Shown piece by piece: positions 35,880 through 44,810 of a DNA stretch of 61,092 bases. Under the pieces are notes generated by a model, which saw nothing but the letters and a program-made list of their open reading frames with translations, had not been told where the DNA came from and did no database searches. Each line of letters starts with the position of its first letter. Position 1 is the stretch's first letter. Location of the stretch: NCBI GenBank assembly GCA_021788195.1, contig JAJYKY010000001.1, forward strand, positions 1-61,092, given 5' to 3'. This DNA is from a bacterium (lineage in GTDB: Bacteria; Patescibacteriota; Microgenomatia; JAMCZE01). A program made the position numbers and the translations under genes.

Positions 35880-37106
35880 TTAGCAGATTTTTTTCAAACT
35901 TTCCAGCGGGTCGTAAAACTTCTGTCCTTTAAGTCTCCCGGGTAAAAAGACCTGTCCCATCGTGGGCCCGACATATTTTTCCGACCATTTATAATCTTTG
36001 GCGTAGCCGAGATTTTTCATGAGCCTGGTCGGAGCGTTGCGCAAATGCAGCGGCACCGGCTCGTTGGGAAAATCTTTTACCGCCTTTTGCGCCCGCATCA
36101 TGGCGTTGGCAACTGACCGGGATTTCTTCGCCGTCGCCAGGTACAAACAAATGTGGCTCAAAATCAGAGAAGCTTCCGGCAGACCGATTTTGGTCACCGC
36201 TTCAAAGCCGGCGTTAGCCTGAATCAGGGCTCCGCGATCAGCCAAGCCAATGTCTTCGGAAGAAAAAATGATCATTCTCCTGGCAATAAACTTCGGGTCC
36301 TCCCCGGCTTCCAACATTCTTTGCAGATAATAAAGAGCGGCGTCCGGGTCGGAACCGCGCAGTGATTTGATAAAAGCGCTGACAGTGTTGTAGTGTTCAT
36401 CGGCTTTTTTATCATAAATTCCCGCGACTTTCGTCTGAAAGACCTCTTTGACAATCTCCGGGGTAATCGCTTTTTCATCATAGGTGGTCGCGGCAATCTC
36501 CAGGGCATTAAGCATTATTCTGGCATCTCCGCCGGAGAGCCGAATTAAAAGTTCCCGGGCCTGGGCAGATAATTTTCTTTTCAGTTCTCCCAATCCCCGG
36601 TCTTTGTCAGTCAAGGCCCGGTCCAGAATTTTTTCCAGATCTTTCCAGTTTAATCCTTCCAAAACAAAAACCCGGCTTCGGGAGAGAAGAGCGCTTATAA
36701 CCTCAAACGAGGGGTTTTCCGTCGTCGCTCCGATTAAAATAATCAACCCGCTTTCGACATGCGGCAGAAGCGCATCCTGCTGAGCCTTGCTCCAACGATG
36801 AATTTCGTCGACAAACAAAATCGTTCTTTTTCCGGCTGTCCGGTTTTCCTTCGCTTTTTCCACAACTTTCAAAAGGTCATCTTTCCCTGAAGTGACGGCG
36901 GAAATGGCAAAGAAGTCCGCTTTGGCCGCTTTGGCAATTAAGTTAGCCAGCGTCGTTTTGCCGCTGCCCGGCGGCCCCCAAAAAATAAGCGAAGAAAGGC
37001 TCCCGGTAGCAAGCATCCGGTTAACAATTTTCCCCGGGCCAACCAGACTTTCCTGACCGACAAACTCTCCCAAAGTCTGGGGACGAAGCCGGAAGGCAAG
37101 ATTCAT
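35880..37106 (-). CDS. rarA: Replication-associated recombination protein A (RarA/MgsA AAA+ ATPase)
   Basis: 408-aa ORF. Walker A GPPGSGKTT, Walker B LFVDEIHRW, and a MgsA C-terminal domain (YLQRMLEAGEDPKFIARR). Confidence 0.93.
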   Translation of the reverse strand: MNLAFRLRPQTLGEFVGQESLVGPGKIVNRMLATGSLSSLIFWGPPGSGKTTLANLIAKAAKADFFAISAVTSGKDDLLKVVEKAKENRTAGKRTILFVDEIHRWSKAQQDALLPHVESGLIILIGATTENPSFEVISALLSRSRVFVLEGLNWKDLEKILDRALTDKDRGLGELKRKLSAQARELLIRLSGGDARIMLNALEIAATTYDEKAITPEIVKEVFQTKVAGIYDKKADEHYNTVSAFIKSLRGSDPDAALYYLQRMLEAGEDPKFIARRMIIFSSEDIGLADRGALIQANAGFEAVTKIGLPEASLILSHICLYLATAKKSRSVANAMMRAQKAVKDFPNEPVPLHLRNAPTRLMKNLGYAKDYKWSEKYVGPTMGQVFLPGRLKGQKFYDPLESLKKIC

Positions 37107-37142
37107 GGCCCAATTTTATCGCCGTTAGGCTAAAATACAATC

Positions 37143-38090
37143 ATGATCGTCGACGAAGCCCGTGTTACCCTGGAAGCCGGCCACGGAGGCCCGGGAAAAG
37201 TTTCTTTTTACAAAAAAGGCCAGCGGGGGCCGGACGGCGGCGGTGGCGGCCGCGGCGGAGACATAATTCTCAGAGCTACTTCGGATCTCACTGCCCTGAA
37301 CCGTTTTGCGGGCAAAGATTATTTTAAGGTGCCCGACGGCGAGCCGGGGCAAAGTAACCAAAAGGCCGGCCGCAATGCTCCGAATTTAGAATTAACCATT
37401 CCCGTGGGGACCCTTTTAACTGATACCGGGTCCGGCGAAACTTTCGAACTGACTGCCCCCGGAGAGACTTTACTTATCTGTAAAGGCGGCTTGGGCGGTT
37501 TGGGAAATTTTGCTTTAAGATCAGCCCGCAACACCACGCCGCTTAAAGCCCAAACCGGTCTTCCCGGCCAGAAGCGCGTTTTAAAAATGAGCCTTCGATT
37601 TTTAGCCAATTTTGGCCTGGTTGGTCTACCCAACTCCGGTAAAAGCAGCCTTCTCAATGAACTGACGGCCGCTAATGCCCGGGTCGGCAATTACCCGTTT
37701 ACCACTCTGGAACCGAATTTAGGGGTTTTGAACGGGAAAATTATTGCCGATATTCCGGGGCTGATTGCCGGCGCGGCCGAAGGTAAAGGTCTGGGCGACA
37801 AATTTTTAAAGCACGCCGAGAAAGTCAGTCTCCTGCTTCATACCATAAGCGTCGAGTCCGAAGACCCGCAGCATGATTATCAGGTTGTCCGGGCAGAACT
37901 GGAAAAATACAATCCGGAGTTTTTAAACAAAAGGGAAATTATTTTGCTGACAAAATCGGACCTGGTGGACAGCGTAAGTTTAACAAAAAAAATGACGGCC
38001 TTAAAAAAACTGAAAAGGTCTGTTTTGCCTGTTTCCGTCCACGACTGGGATAGTCTGGAAGTACTCAAAAAGAAGCTTTTGTCACTGTAA
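37143..38090 (+). CDS. obg: GTPase Obg (no C-terminal extension)
   Basis: 315-aa ORF. Obg fold with Gly-rich GGGGGRGG, G1 GLPNSGKSS, DIPGLI, and TKSD (G4). Confidence 0.92.
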   Translation: MIVDEARVTLEAGHGGPGKVSFYKKGQRGPDGGGGGRGGDIILRATSDLTALNRFAGKDYFKVPDGEPGQSNQKAGRNAPNLELTIPVGTLLTDTGSGETFELTAPGETLLICKGGLGGLGNFALRSARNTTPLKAQTGLPGQKRVLKMSLRFLANFGLVGLPNSGKSSLLNELTAANARVGNYPFTTLEPNLGVLNGKIIADIPGLIAGAAEGKGLGDKFLKHAEKVSLLLHTISVESEDPQHDYQVVRAELEKYNPEFLNKREIILLTKSDLVDSVSLTKKMTALKKLKRSVLPVSVHDWDSLEVLKKKLLSL

Positions 38091-38462
38091 AGACTGGCGC
38101 ATTTTCCGCCTTAGTGTCCGCATCATCCGCCGCTCAAAGTGCAGCGGAGCTTCTCCTAAACATTCCTTCACCTTCCGGATAGCCTCGGGATCATGACGGA
38201 ATAGAAGTTCATCCATTTTTGCCAAAAGAGCCGTCTCAGGATCCAAGGCCTCCGCTCTTTCTTTTTCTTCCCGACGCGATACGCCAGAAAGATGCTGTTC
38301 CAGTCTAACCCGGGAAAGAGGGTTTATTGCTTCCGGCCGCAAATCCACAGCCGGAAATACCTTCCCGTTAGAAAGAACATATCGCGCCGGCCCGTCTTTG
38401 GGGGCAGAAGGGCGATAAATCTGGGTTAGTTTTACTACTATATCGCTTTCCTTTTGCCCCAT
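38082..38462 (-). CDS. Hypothetical protein (126 aa)
   Basis: Intact ORF downstream of the DUF2892 gene. No motif recognised. Confidence 0.4.
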   Translation of the reverse strand: MGQKESDIVVKLTQIYRPSAPKDGPARYVLSNGKVFPAVDLRPEAINPLSRVRLEQHLSGVSRREEKERAEALDPETALLAKMDELLFRHDPEAIRKVKECLGEAPLHFERRMMRTLRRKMRQSLQ

Positions 38463-38470
38463 AAGTCAAA

Positions 38471-38755
38471 TTATCTCCGCCGGTAGGTGGATATCCCCAA
38501 AAGTTTGTAAACCGGGGAAAAACCGGATAATGCCGTGAAAAACGCCAGCCCGGCCAGAACAAAAAGAAATAACTGGGTCGTGTCGGTAAACCAAAGATAG
38601 GCAGAGGCGATAAAACCCACACCCAAAACCAGCCTGGCAAACCGGTCGGTCTCACTGACATTTCTCTGGCTGCGCAAAACAGTTTCGTTCCCCAGCTTAA
38701 GGCTCAGTTTGGGGTGGCGGTCTGTATGATGAACTCTTTTTACTTTTTTCGCCAT
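38471..38755 (-). CDS. DUF2892 (YgaP C-terminal-like) small membrane protein
   Basis: 94-aa ORF. RFARLVLGVGFIA...LAGLAFFTALSGFSPVYKLLGIST fits the DUF2892 two-helix pattern. AGGAGGTG Shine-Dalgarno. Confidence 0.6.
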   Translation of the reverse strand: MAKKVKRVHHTDRHPKLSLKLGNETVLRSQRNVSETDRFARLVLGVGFIASAYLWFTDTTQLFLFVLAGLAFFTALSGFSPVYKLLGISTYRRR

Positions 38756-38780
38756 ATTCTCACCTCCTTAGAAATTCCTG

Positions 38781-38963
38781 TTATTTTCTTTTCCGCTTTT
38801 CCTTTTTCACTCCTTTGAAAATTCCTCCGGTTGTTTTAACGTCGGCAATCCGGCCGGATACGGTATCCCGTTTTTGCCAGAGAGCCGTCAGCCGGTTTAA
38901 AAATTGGGACCGGAAATTAACCGTTCCCAGACGCCCTTTGCCTTTTGGCCCATTTTTTGCCAT
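38781..38963 (-). CDS. Small basic hypothetical protein (60 aa)
   Basis: GGGAG Shine-Dalgarno 7 nt upstream. Lys/Arg-rich tail. Confidence 0.35.
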   Translation of the reverse strand: MAKNGPKGKGRLGTVNFRSQFLNRLTALWQKRDTVSGRIADVKTTGGIFKGVKKEKRKRK

Positions 38964-39091
38964 ACTTTCACTCCCGTCAGAAATAGATTTTCTCTACTAT
39001 TTCCAGCTTACCTATTTTTGGCAAAAAACTTCAAGAGGGCATTTTGTACTACGATTATTCACCTGCTTTCCCAAAGAAGGTAGATTTATTT

Positions 39092-39409
39092 TTACCTCCG
39101 GGGCTTTTCTTTTGGCTGTATCGCCGGAAGAACTGTTTCGTCAGGAGTCACTTTCACCCGGTCACCAAGGTGATAGGTATCGGCAGGACCTTCTTTCCTT
39201 TTTATTTCCATAACCAGTTGGGCCCGGATACCATTTTTTATGGCTTCTTTGAAGTTCTCGCAGCTGTGAAGAATCGGCCCGGAGATAACTCCCTGACCCT
39301 GCGCGTCGCGGTAAACCCGCTCTGCCGTTTTACCAAACACTACCAAACTAACCGCAAACTGGCGGTTAAAGAATTCTTCCAGGCTATCCTGACGCTCTGT
39401 GTTTTCCAT
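39092..39409 (-). CDS. Hypothetical protein (105 aa)
   Basis: Intact ORF with an adjacent promoter (see 39422-39450). No motif recognised. Confidence 0.45.
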   Translation of the reverse strand: MENTERQDSLEEFFNRQFAVSLVVFGKTAERVYRDAQGQGVISGPILHSCENFKEAIKNGIRAQLVMEIKRKEGPADTYHLGDRVKVTPDETVLPAIQPKEKPRR

Positions 39410-39421
39410 AAAGAAGGTTAT

Positions 39422-39450
39422 ATTTTACCGGGAAAACCCACGCTTTACAA
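39422..39450 (-). promoter_or_regulatory. Sigma70-type promoter for the 39409->38082 small-gene unit
   Basis: On the minus strand: TTGTAA (39445-39450), 17-nt spacer, TAAAAT (39422-39427), then 12 nt to the ATG at 39409. Confidence 0.45.
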
Positions 39451-39730
39451 GGTTCCTCCCCGGGAACGAAAGGGCGGTGGTTCGGTAACCCATACACATG
39501 AAGCCTTCCGGTCATATCCGCCTTAACCCTTACCCTTCGTGCCCGGGTCCTTCAAATTTAAAACGCGTCATCCTTTCTTATCCCCGCGATTCCTTCTGCT
39601 CCTTTTCCTCTCCCTGCCCCACCACCCGAAAGTCGATTCGAAATAATCTCGCAGTTGACTACTCCGAAATCCCCTTTGTATAAGTATCTTGTCATCGTAA
39701 TCCAGACATAAACGTGCTACCTTAAAACAT

Positions 39731-40369
39731 ATGACCCGAATGTTTTTAGACATTGAGACCCTGCCGGCGGAAGAGGCAAAACACGAGATTTTGAAGGAAA
39801 TTTTTAAAAAACGGCAGGAGGACGGGAAAAAAGTGCCCGACACTTTTGAAGAATACCTTGAAGCGACAAACCTTGACGGGTCGTTTGGGAGAATTGCCTG
39901 CATTTCCTACGCCCTTAACGAGGAACCGGTAAAAACCCTCTCGGGCGACGAGAAAGAAATGCTCACTAAGTTTTGGGAAATTGCTCACAAGGTTGACCAG
40001 TTTGTTGGATTTAACCTGATGGATTTTGATTTGCGGTTTATCTGCCAGCGGTCGGTAATCTTAGGCGTCCGGCCAAGCCGGGATTTAAACTTTGCCCGGT
40101 ACCGCAACTACCCGATTTTTGATTTGATGTATGAGTGGTCCAAATGGAATACCCAGAACAAAGTTTCTTTGGACCATCTCGCCCACGCTTTGGGAATCCC
40201 CTCGTCCAAAAACGGCGCGGTCGAAGGAAAAAATGTCGCCGCAGCCTACATAGCCGGAAGGATCGCCGAAATTTGTGAGTATTGTGAGAAAGACGTTGAA
40301 GTTACCCGGCAGATTTACAAGCGGATGGTTTTCTCTGATTTCCAAGGCACACAATTAGAGGACTTTTAA
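39731..40369 (+). CDS. RNase H-fold 3'-5' exonuclease (PolB-exonuclease-like, DEDDy)
   Basis: 212-aa ORF. ExoI FLDIET, ExoII GFNLMDFDLRF, ExoIII YCEKDVEVT. Confidence 0.6.
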   Translation: MTRMFLDIETLPAEEAKHEILKEIFKKRQEDGKKVPDTFEEYLEATNLDGSFGRIACISYALNEEPVKTLSGDEKEMLTKFWEIAHKVDQFVGFNLMDFDLRFICQRSVILGVRPSRDLNFARYRNYPIFDLMYEWSKWNTQNKVSLDHLAHALGIPSSKNGAVEGKNVAAAYIAGRIAEICEYCEKDVEVTRQIYKRMVFSDFQGTQLEDF

Positions 40370-41038
40370 GGTGTTTTGCCAGGGCTTATTCCCCGGAGCC
40401 ACGATCTCGTACTGGCCAATACTCAGGTAGAAAAACTCCTTCGGATGCTTTGAGTCCGTCAAAAAGTAACTTATTCCGTTTGTCGTCGTATAAACTTCCG
40501 GGCATTTCGTCGAGGCTTTGGACAGGGCTTCCATATCGCCGTTAGCTGTTTTCGCTACCTGAATCTGGGCCGTTTCAAAGCCCGGCTGATCATTGGTGGT
40601 TTTTACCCGGCAGTCCGATTCTTTATAGGCGACGGGGAGAAATTTTTGTCTGATTGCATCGACCAGCGGCTGGTCCTGATTTTTGTAAATTACCTGAATC
40701 CACTGTCCGTCGGTCGGTTTAGTGTTTGAAGTATAGACGTAAACTTTATCCCCTAATTGGGTGGTATTAACCGTCATTCCTCCCTGCGATGTGAGAAACT
40801 GGAAAGAAATCCCCAGCTTTGGTGAAGTAAAAGTTTTGACGCCCGGTGTGGTTTCGGTAATTACCGGGGCATTCGCCACCCCTTCCGGTCCGGTTTCTTT
40901 AGTCTCGACGTTTTTCGCTGTCGGTTTAGTCACCGCATCAGGAGTCTTGGTCGCCGGTTTTGAAAGAAAATAATAGGCCGCTGTGCCAGCTAAGAGTAAA
41001 ATTAGAACCGCGGCAATTCGAGGAAGGGCTTTATTCAT
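40355..41038 (-). CDS. Secreted/membrane-anchored hypothetical protein (227 aa)
   Basis: N-terminal signal anchor (IAAVLILLLAGTAAYYF), a Thr/Pro-rich linker and a beta-rich domain. Confidence 0.5.
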   Translation of the reverse strand: MNKALPRIAAVLILLLAGTAAYYFLSKPATKTPDAVTKPTAKNVETKETGPEGVANAPVITETTPGVKTFTSPKLGISFQFLTSQGGMTVNTTQLGDKVYVYTSNTKPTDGQWIQVIYKNQDQPLVDAIRQKFLPVAYKESDCRVKTTNDQPGFETAQIQVAKTANGDMEALSKASTKCPEVYTTTNGISYFLTDSKHPKEFFYLSIGQYEIVAPGNKPWQNTLKVL

Positions 41039-41121
41039 TACCTAAGAGTGTAACACTTTTTCCGACCGGGGTTCAAGAACAATCTCCCGGTGAGAAAATT
41101 CGGGATGATGAAGGCGAACGG

Positions 41122-41754
41122 TTATGAAGTCGCAGTTATTCTTTTACGGGGAAACTTACGGACAATGGTATAAAATTCGTCGGCAGAAACCGGATGGTTG
41201 TTGACAATACAGATAATTCCCGGAGGCACGCTCGCCAATTCAGCCGGTTCCGGCAAGGCCAGTTCGAGAACCACCGCCTTTTGCAATTCAGGTGAGGGCA
41301 GAGTAGTTTTGACAAAACTTAAAACTGCCCGGTTCCGATCACGGTTCAGACCCTCCCCAAAATTAGGAACCAGAAAACCCCACCTATAGGAGAATTGTCC
41401 TTTCCAGGAATCAGAAACCAGCCAAAGGTCGTAAAGAAGAGTTTCTTCGCTGTAGACCAGTTTGCCTGTTACCCATTCTGTCATCGGCAAAAAGTCGCTT
41501 TTCAGACCGGCCGTTAGCAAAACACTTTCCCCCCGCGACCGACCAATCGCTGTCCCGAGCAAATTCTTAAAAATTTTTTCTTCCAAAAGTTCAGGATGGT
41601 TCCGGGTCAAAAGCGATTCTTTAAGAATCCGGAGTTCCTCAACGCTTTTCACTTTAGCCGATTGTACCGCGCCGAGGTTAAAAGTCAAACTTTTTTCAGG
41701 GTTAACGGGTAAAGATGCCCGAGAATCCCTAACCCCACCAGAGCTGCTGCCCAA
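41122..41754 (-). CDS. Hypothetical protein (about 190-210 aa)
   Basis: Intact ORF. Its 5' end overlaps the upstream small ORF by 70 nt, so the true start is probably internal. Confidence 0.4.
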   Translation of the reverse strand: MGSSSGGVRDSRASLPVNPEKSLTFNLGAVQSAKVKSVEELRILKESLLTRNHPELLEEKIFKNLLGTAIGRSRGESVLLTAGLKSDFLPMTEWVTGKLVYSEETLLYDLWLVSDSWKGQFSYRWGFLVPNFGEGLNRDRNRAVLSFVKTTLPSPELQKAVVLELALPEPAELASVPPGIICIVNNHPVSADEFYTIVRKFPRKRITATS

Positions 41755-41888
41755 CGAACCGGATGTTCCCCAATCAAAGGATAGGTCACAAGAATCCCCA
41801 GACCGGCGCCGAGCAGAATATGGATTAGGCTGTTATAGTAAGGGTGGGCCCCGAGGTATTTCAATGCTTTTTTAGACACAAGAATCAC
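41685..41888 (-). CDS. Small two-helix membrane protein
   Basis: 64-67 aa. GTG starts at 41888 and 41879, with a GAGGTGA Shine-Dalgarno before the second. Two hydrophobic helices. Confidence 0.4.
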   Translation of the reverse strand: MILVSKKALKYLGAHPYYNSLIHILLGAGLGILVTYPLIGEHPVRWAAALVGLGILGHLYPLTLKKV

Positions 41889-41926
41889 CTCACTTTCCGG
41901 CTGCTTAATTTAGTGTAGCACAAAGA

Positions 41927-42220
41927 TCAGCCGGGTTTTACGCCGATGTAGTCAATCATGGGGAAAAGTTTGCGGATTTCCTCCCAGTATTTATCGGAAA
42001 GTTTGGAAGAAAATTTACCGTACTGGGTGTTTTCGCTGTGTTTGCAAAGCCGGCTTTCGTAGTCCCTAATAATGTCCGTTATCTTTTCTCCGACCCGGTT
42101 AAACTCTTCCTGATGCGTTTTGCCGTCGAGAGCATAAGCATCGTGAATATTCTGGAAGGCATCAAACTCCGCTTCGTGGTCGGACAGCATTTGGCGGATT
42201 ATTTCCTCATGTCTCGTCAT
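41927..42220 (-). CDS. Hypothetical protein (97 aa)
   Basis: TAAAAT lies 6 nt upstream of the ATG. No motif recognised. Confidence 0.45.
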   Translation of the reverse strand: MTRHEEIIRQMLSDHEAEFDAFQNIHDAYALDGKTHQEEFNRVGEKITDIIRDYESRLCKHSENTQYGKFSSKLSDKYWEEIRKLFPMIDYIGVKPG

Positions 42221-42296
42221 GACCCCATTTTAACGATATTCAGCTTAAAAACAACGGCTTGTAAAAGGCTTTGCAAATGATTTATATTAGAGTGCC

Positions 42297-42773
42297 ATGG
42301 ATAACGACAACAGTGACGAACCGAAAGTGATTGATGCCGAGGTGGTGAATATCGGGGAAGAAGCCGCGCCGGCCACCGGAGCCGATACCCTTCTTAATCT
42401 GACCAGCCTCATTCAGAATTATCTCGGCAATATTGCCCGAATGAAAAAAGAGCTCTCTGAGCAGCGTCAGATGCTCGAGGACTCCTTTAATAATGATCCG
42501 AAGTTCAAAGAATTGGCTGATAAAGCTAAAGAAGCCAACAAAGTCAAATTGGCCCTTAAAAAACAGATCTTAAACCAGCCGCAACTGGCCGAGTTAAATG
42601 AAAAAATCAAAGAAAGCAAGGCGGAGTTGAAAGAAGCCCAGGAAATTTTATCGAGCTATCTGCAAGACTTCGCCAAACAAACCGGCGAAACCCAATTTGA
42701 AGATGCCAACGGGGAAATAAACCAGATCGTTTACATCGCAAAATTAGTCAAGATCAGTTCTCTCGAGAAGTAA
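42297..42773 (+). CDS. Hypothetical coiled-coil protein (158 aa)
   Basis: TATATT lies 8 nt upstream of the ATG. Heptad-rich, acidic N-terminus. Confidence 0.5.
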   Translation: MDNDNSDEPKVIDAEVVNIGEEAAPATGADTLLNLTSLIQNYLGNIARMKKELSEQRQMLEDSFNNDPKFKELADKAKEANKVKLALKKQILNQPQLAELNEKIKESKAELKEAQEILSSYLQDFAKQTGETQFEDANGEINQIVYIAKLVKISSLEK

Positions 42774-42775
42774 AA

Positions 42776-43504
42776 TTATTCTTCGGTTATCTCCACGGAG
42801 TTAATCTTAATCGGGTTAACCGGATCGGAAGGCTCGCCCATCTCGTTTAAGTTCACCGCACCGGAGGCTATTTTATCCACCACGTTCATTCCGGAGATTA
42901 CCCGGCCGAAGATTACATAATGCGGCGCCAGTTTATAATCCTTGTGCATGATAAAAAACTGACTGCCGTTGGTATTCGGCCCGGAATTAGCCATCGCCAC
43001 CGTCCCCCGGAGATAATCGCCGGTAAACGGTTCGTCATTGAAAGTGTACCCCGGTCCGCCGGTTCCGTTGCCGTTAGGGTCGCCGCCCTGAATCATAAAA
43101 TTCTTGACTACCCGGTGAAAAACCAGGCCATCGTAAAACCGGTTCCTGGCCAGGAAAACGAAATTGTTGACGGTAATCGGAGTCGTTTTGGCATCCAGGG
43201 CAATTTTGATATCGCCCAGACCGGTTTTTAAGACGGCGAAGTACGCCTTCGTTTTATCAATCGTCATCGGCGGCGGCGCAGGGTATTTGCGGACGATCTC
43301 ACCCGAAGGGGTACTTCTGGGTGGCATCGGAGTGGGAGCCGGGTTTACTTCCTCGGTTCCCAAAACCGCCTGCGGAACCTGCGGCGAAACAATTTTTTCC
43401 GATTTGGAGGGGACTTGGTTCATTTTAAAATTGAAAAAAACAAGGATGGCGGCAATCACTAGGCCCAGAGTGACCCCGCCAAACATGACCCGCCATTTCT
43501 TCAT
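42776..43504 (-). CDS. Membrane-anchored cyclophilin-type peptidyl-prolyl isomerase
   Basis: 242-aa ORF. TM anchor, then FHRVVKNFMIQGGDP, GTGGPGYTF and NGSQFFI. Confidence 0.92.
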   Translation of the reverse strand: MKKWRVMFGGVTLGLVIAAILVFFNFKMNQVPSKSEKIVSPQVPQAVLGTEEVNPAPTPMPPRSTPSGEIVRKYPAPPPMTIDKTKAYFAVLKTGLGDIKIALDAKTTPITVNNFVFLARNRFYDGLVFHRVVKNFMIQGGDPNGNGTGGPGYTFNDEPFTGDYLRGTVAMANSGPNTNGSQFFIMHKDYKLAPHYVIFGRVISGMNVVDKIASGAVNLNEMGEPSDPVNPIKINSVEITEE

Positions 43505-43550
43505 GTGCCTGATTGTAAACGACAGGCAACTTTTTTGGCAAGGGGGGACT

Positions 43551-44207
43551 TTAGGGACTTTTCGCCCCGAGATTTTTCAAAGCTTCCAAAGGATTCAGCC
43601 AGTTTGAAAGTTCCATCCGGTTGGAAACATAGCCACGCTCGTCAATTTTCGGCCCTTTGTGCAGGGCAAAATGGAGATGTTTGCGTTCTCCGCCGGTTTG
43701 AGCAGAACAGGCAGCCCCCAGTTCGGCCAGTTTTTCTCCGGGTTTGACGGTCTCACCCACCGTTACGGCTACTGTCGCCAGATTGATGTGACCAAAATAG
43801 GCGGTCACGGGTTGATTATTTAAATTATAGGCAATAATCAGAAGGCCGCCGTAACCGGAAACCGAGCCAACTTTCAAAACCCGGCCCGCCGCAATTGAAT
43901 AAACCGACACCGGCCGGCTAATCTCGTCGGACGTCACTTCCAAATCGTCGCCCGTGTGGTAGCCAGTAAACGGCGCGCCGCAAGGCACTGTTTGGACATC
44001 TTGGGAAGTCACATAGGTGCCAAAAGTCCGCAGCAACCGGCGGCTGGTGTAAAAACTTATCGGAAAGTAATAGTTCGCCGGAGCAGTGTCGGTACTCCCG
44101 ACAGCGTTTTTAACCGTTTTCGGCGCCGGATTCCTTCGGGTAACCGTCAGAACAGCAGCGACAGCCACCATTCCCAGAAAAACTATGACCGGTAAAATTT
44201 TCTTCAT
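43551..44207 (-). CDS. M23/LytM-family metallopeptidase
   Basis: 218-aa ORF. Signal anchor, HTGDD (HxxxD) and HLHFALH (HxH). Confidence 0.85.
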   Translation of the reverse strand: MKKILPVIVFLGMVAVAAVLTVTRRNPAPKTVKNAVGSTDTAPANYYFPISFYTSRRLLRTFGTYVTSQDVQTVPCGAPFTGYHTGDDLEVTSDEISRPVSVYSIAAGRVLKVGSVSGYGGLLIIAYNLNNQPVTAYFGHINLATVAVTVGETVKPGEKLAELGAACSAQTGGERKHLHFALHKGPKIDERGYVSNRMELSNWLNPLEALKNLGAKSP

Positions 44208-44271
44208 CTATTATTCCTAATTTGTCCCGGTATAGCGACCGATAGGAATCGGTAAAAGATTAACAAGAAGA

Positions 44272-44439
44272 TCAATAGCCGTACCACTTATAGACAGCCA
44301 CAATGCCAAGAATACCCCCAACCGTACTTCCGATCAGAGAGGCAAAAGAAATCGGGTCAGCGCCGAAATAAACCGGGACATAACTGCCGATGGTGGAACC
44401 AATCAGAACCGCCACTGTCATCTGCCATTTTTCCGGCAT
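44272..44439 (-). CDS. Small two-helix membrane protein (55 aa), below the ORF-track cutoff
   Basis: MPEKWQMTVAVLIGSTIGSYVPVYFGADPISFASLIGSTVGGILGIVAVYKWYGY, hand-translated from the minus strand. Confidence 0.35.
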   Translation of the reverse strand: MPEKWQMTVAVLIGSTIGSYVPVYFGADPISFASLIGSTVGGILGIVAVYKWYGY

Positions 44440-44451
44440 GAACCTATTCTA

Positions 44452-44559
44452 TTACTTTTCGGCAGATTTGGCAGCTTTCCGGGTGACCTTAATTTTTCTC
44501 GGCGGGGCTTTCTGGACTTTGGAAAAACGCAAAGTTAAAATTCCGTCGCTATCTAAAGG
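44452..44559 (-). pseudogene. 3' remnant of an Hsp20/alpha-crystallin small heat-shock gene
   Basis: Minus-strand frame reads PLDSDGILTLRFSKVQKAPPRKIKVTRKAAKSAEK-stop, matching the Hsp20 C-terminal beta8-beta9 plus I-x-I/V tail. An in-frame TAA lies immediately upstream (44560-44562), followed by AT-rich non-coding sequence. Confidence 0.5.
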
Positions 44560-44736
44560 TTAGCCGCTTGTAAAAATTTTTTTCAATAACGCCTTTAAAT
44601 CAAAGTAAGAATCCGGTAATTCAGAGCTTAGATGCGCCCGAAGTTGCAATCGAAAAACTTTATTTTAAGGTATAATATGAATATCACCCGATTATTTTTT
44701 CACTAAAGACAGGGAATAAACAGAAATTTTACAGAT

Positions 44737-44810
44737 TGCGGGATCGTCTAACGGCAGGACACGAGACTCTGAATCTCGGTATCATGGTCCGAATCCATGT
44801 CCCGCAGCCA
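44737..44810 (+). tRNA. tRNA-Gln (anticodon CUG), CCA encoded
   Basis: Hand-folded. Acceptor TGCGGGA/TCCCGCA (U1-A72), G73 discriminator, 3-bp D stem GTC/GAC, anticodon stem CGAGA/TCTCG with loop CTCTGAA, T arm CATGG-TCCGAAT-CCATG. Confidence 0.85.

Noticed and set aside
39044-39526. 160-aa plus-strand ORF, together with the 39498-39683 and 39568-39903 ORFs, spanning the long intergenic tract.
   Set aside because: They overlap the better-supported minus-strand gene 39092-39409 or the promoters. Their translations are Pro/Ser/Phe-rich and lack Shine-Dalgarno or -10 signals.
39451-39714. Tested by eye whether the tract is tmRNA, SRP (4.5S) RNA or a known riboswitch.
   Set aside because: There is no tRNA-like acceptor/T-arm end and no GGGG...CCACCA pairing for tmRNA. 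The GGAA-loop hairpin lacks the conserved SRP domain IV AGCA/GGAA loops. No riboswitch core motif was recognised, so it is kept only as an unexplained region.
44644-44676. TTGCAA...TATAAT as the promoter for tRNA-Gln.
   Set aside because: The spacer is 21 nt, too long for a standard sigma70 promoter. The TATAAT alone may still function, but the call is too weak to list as a feature.
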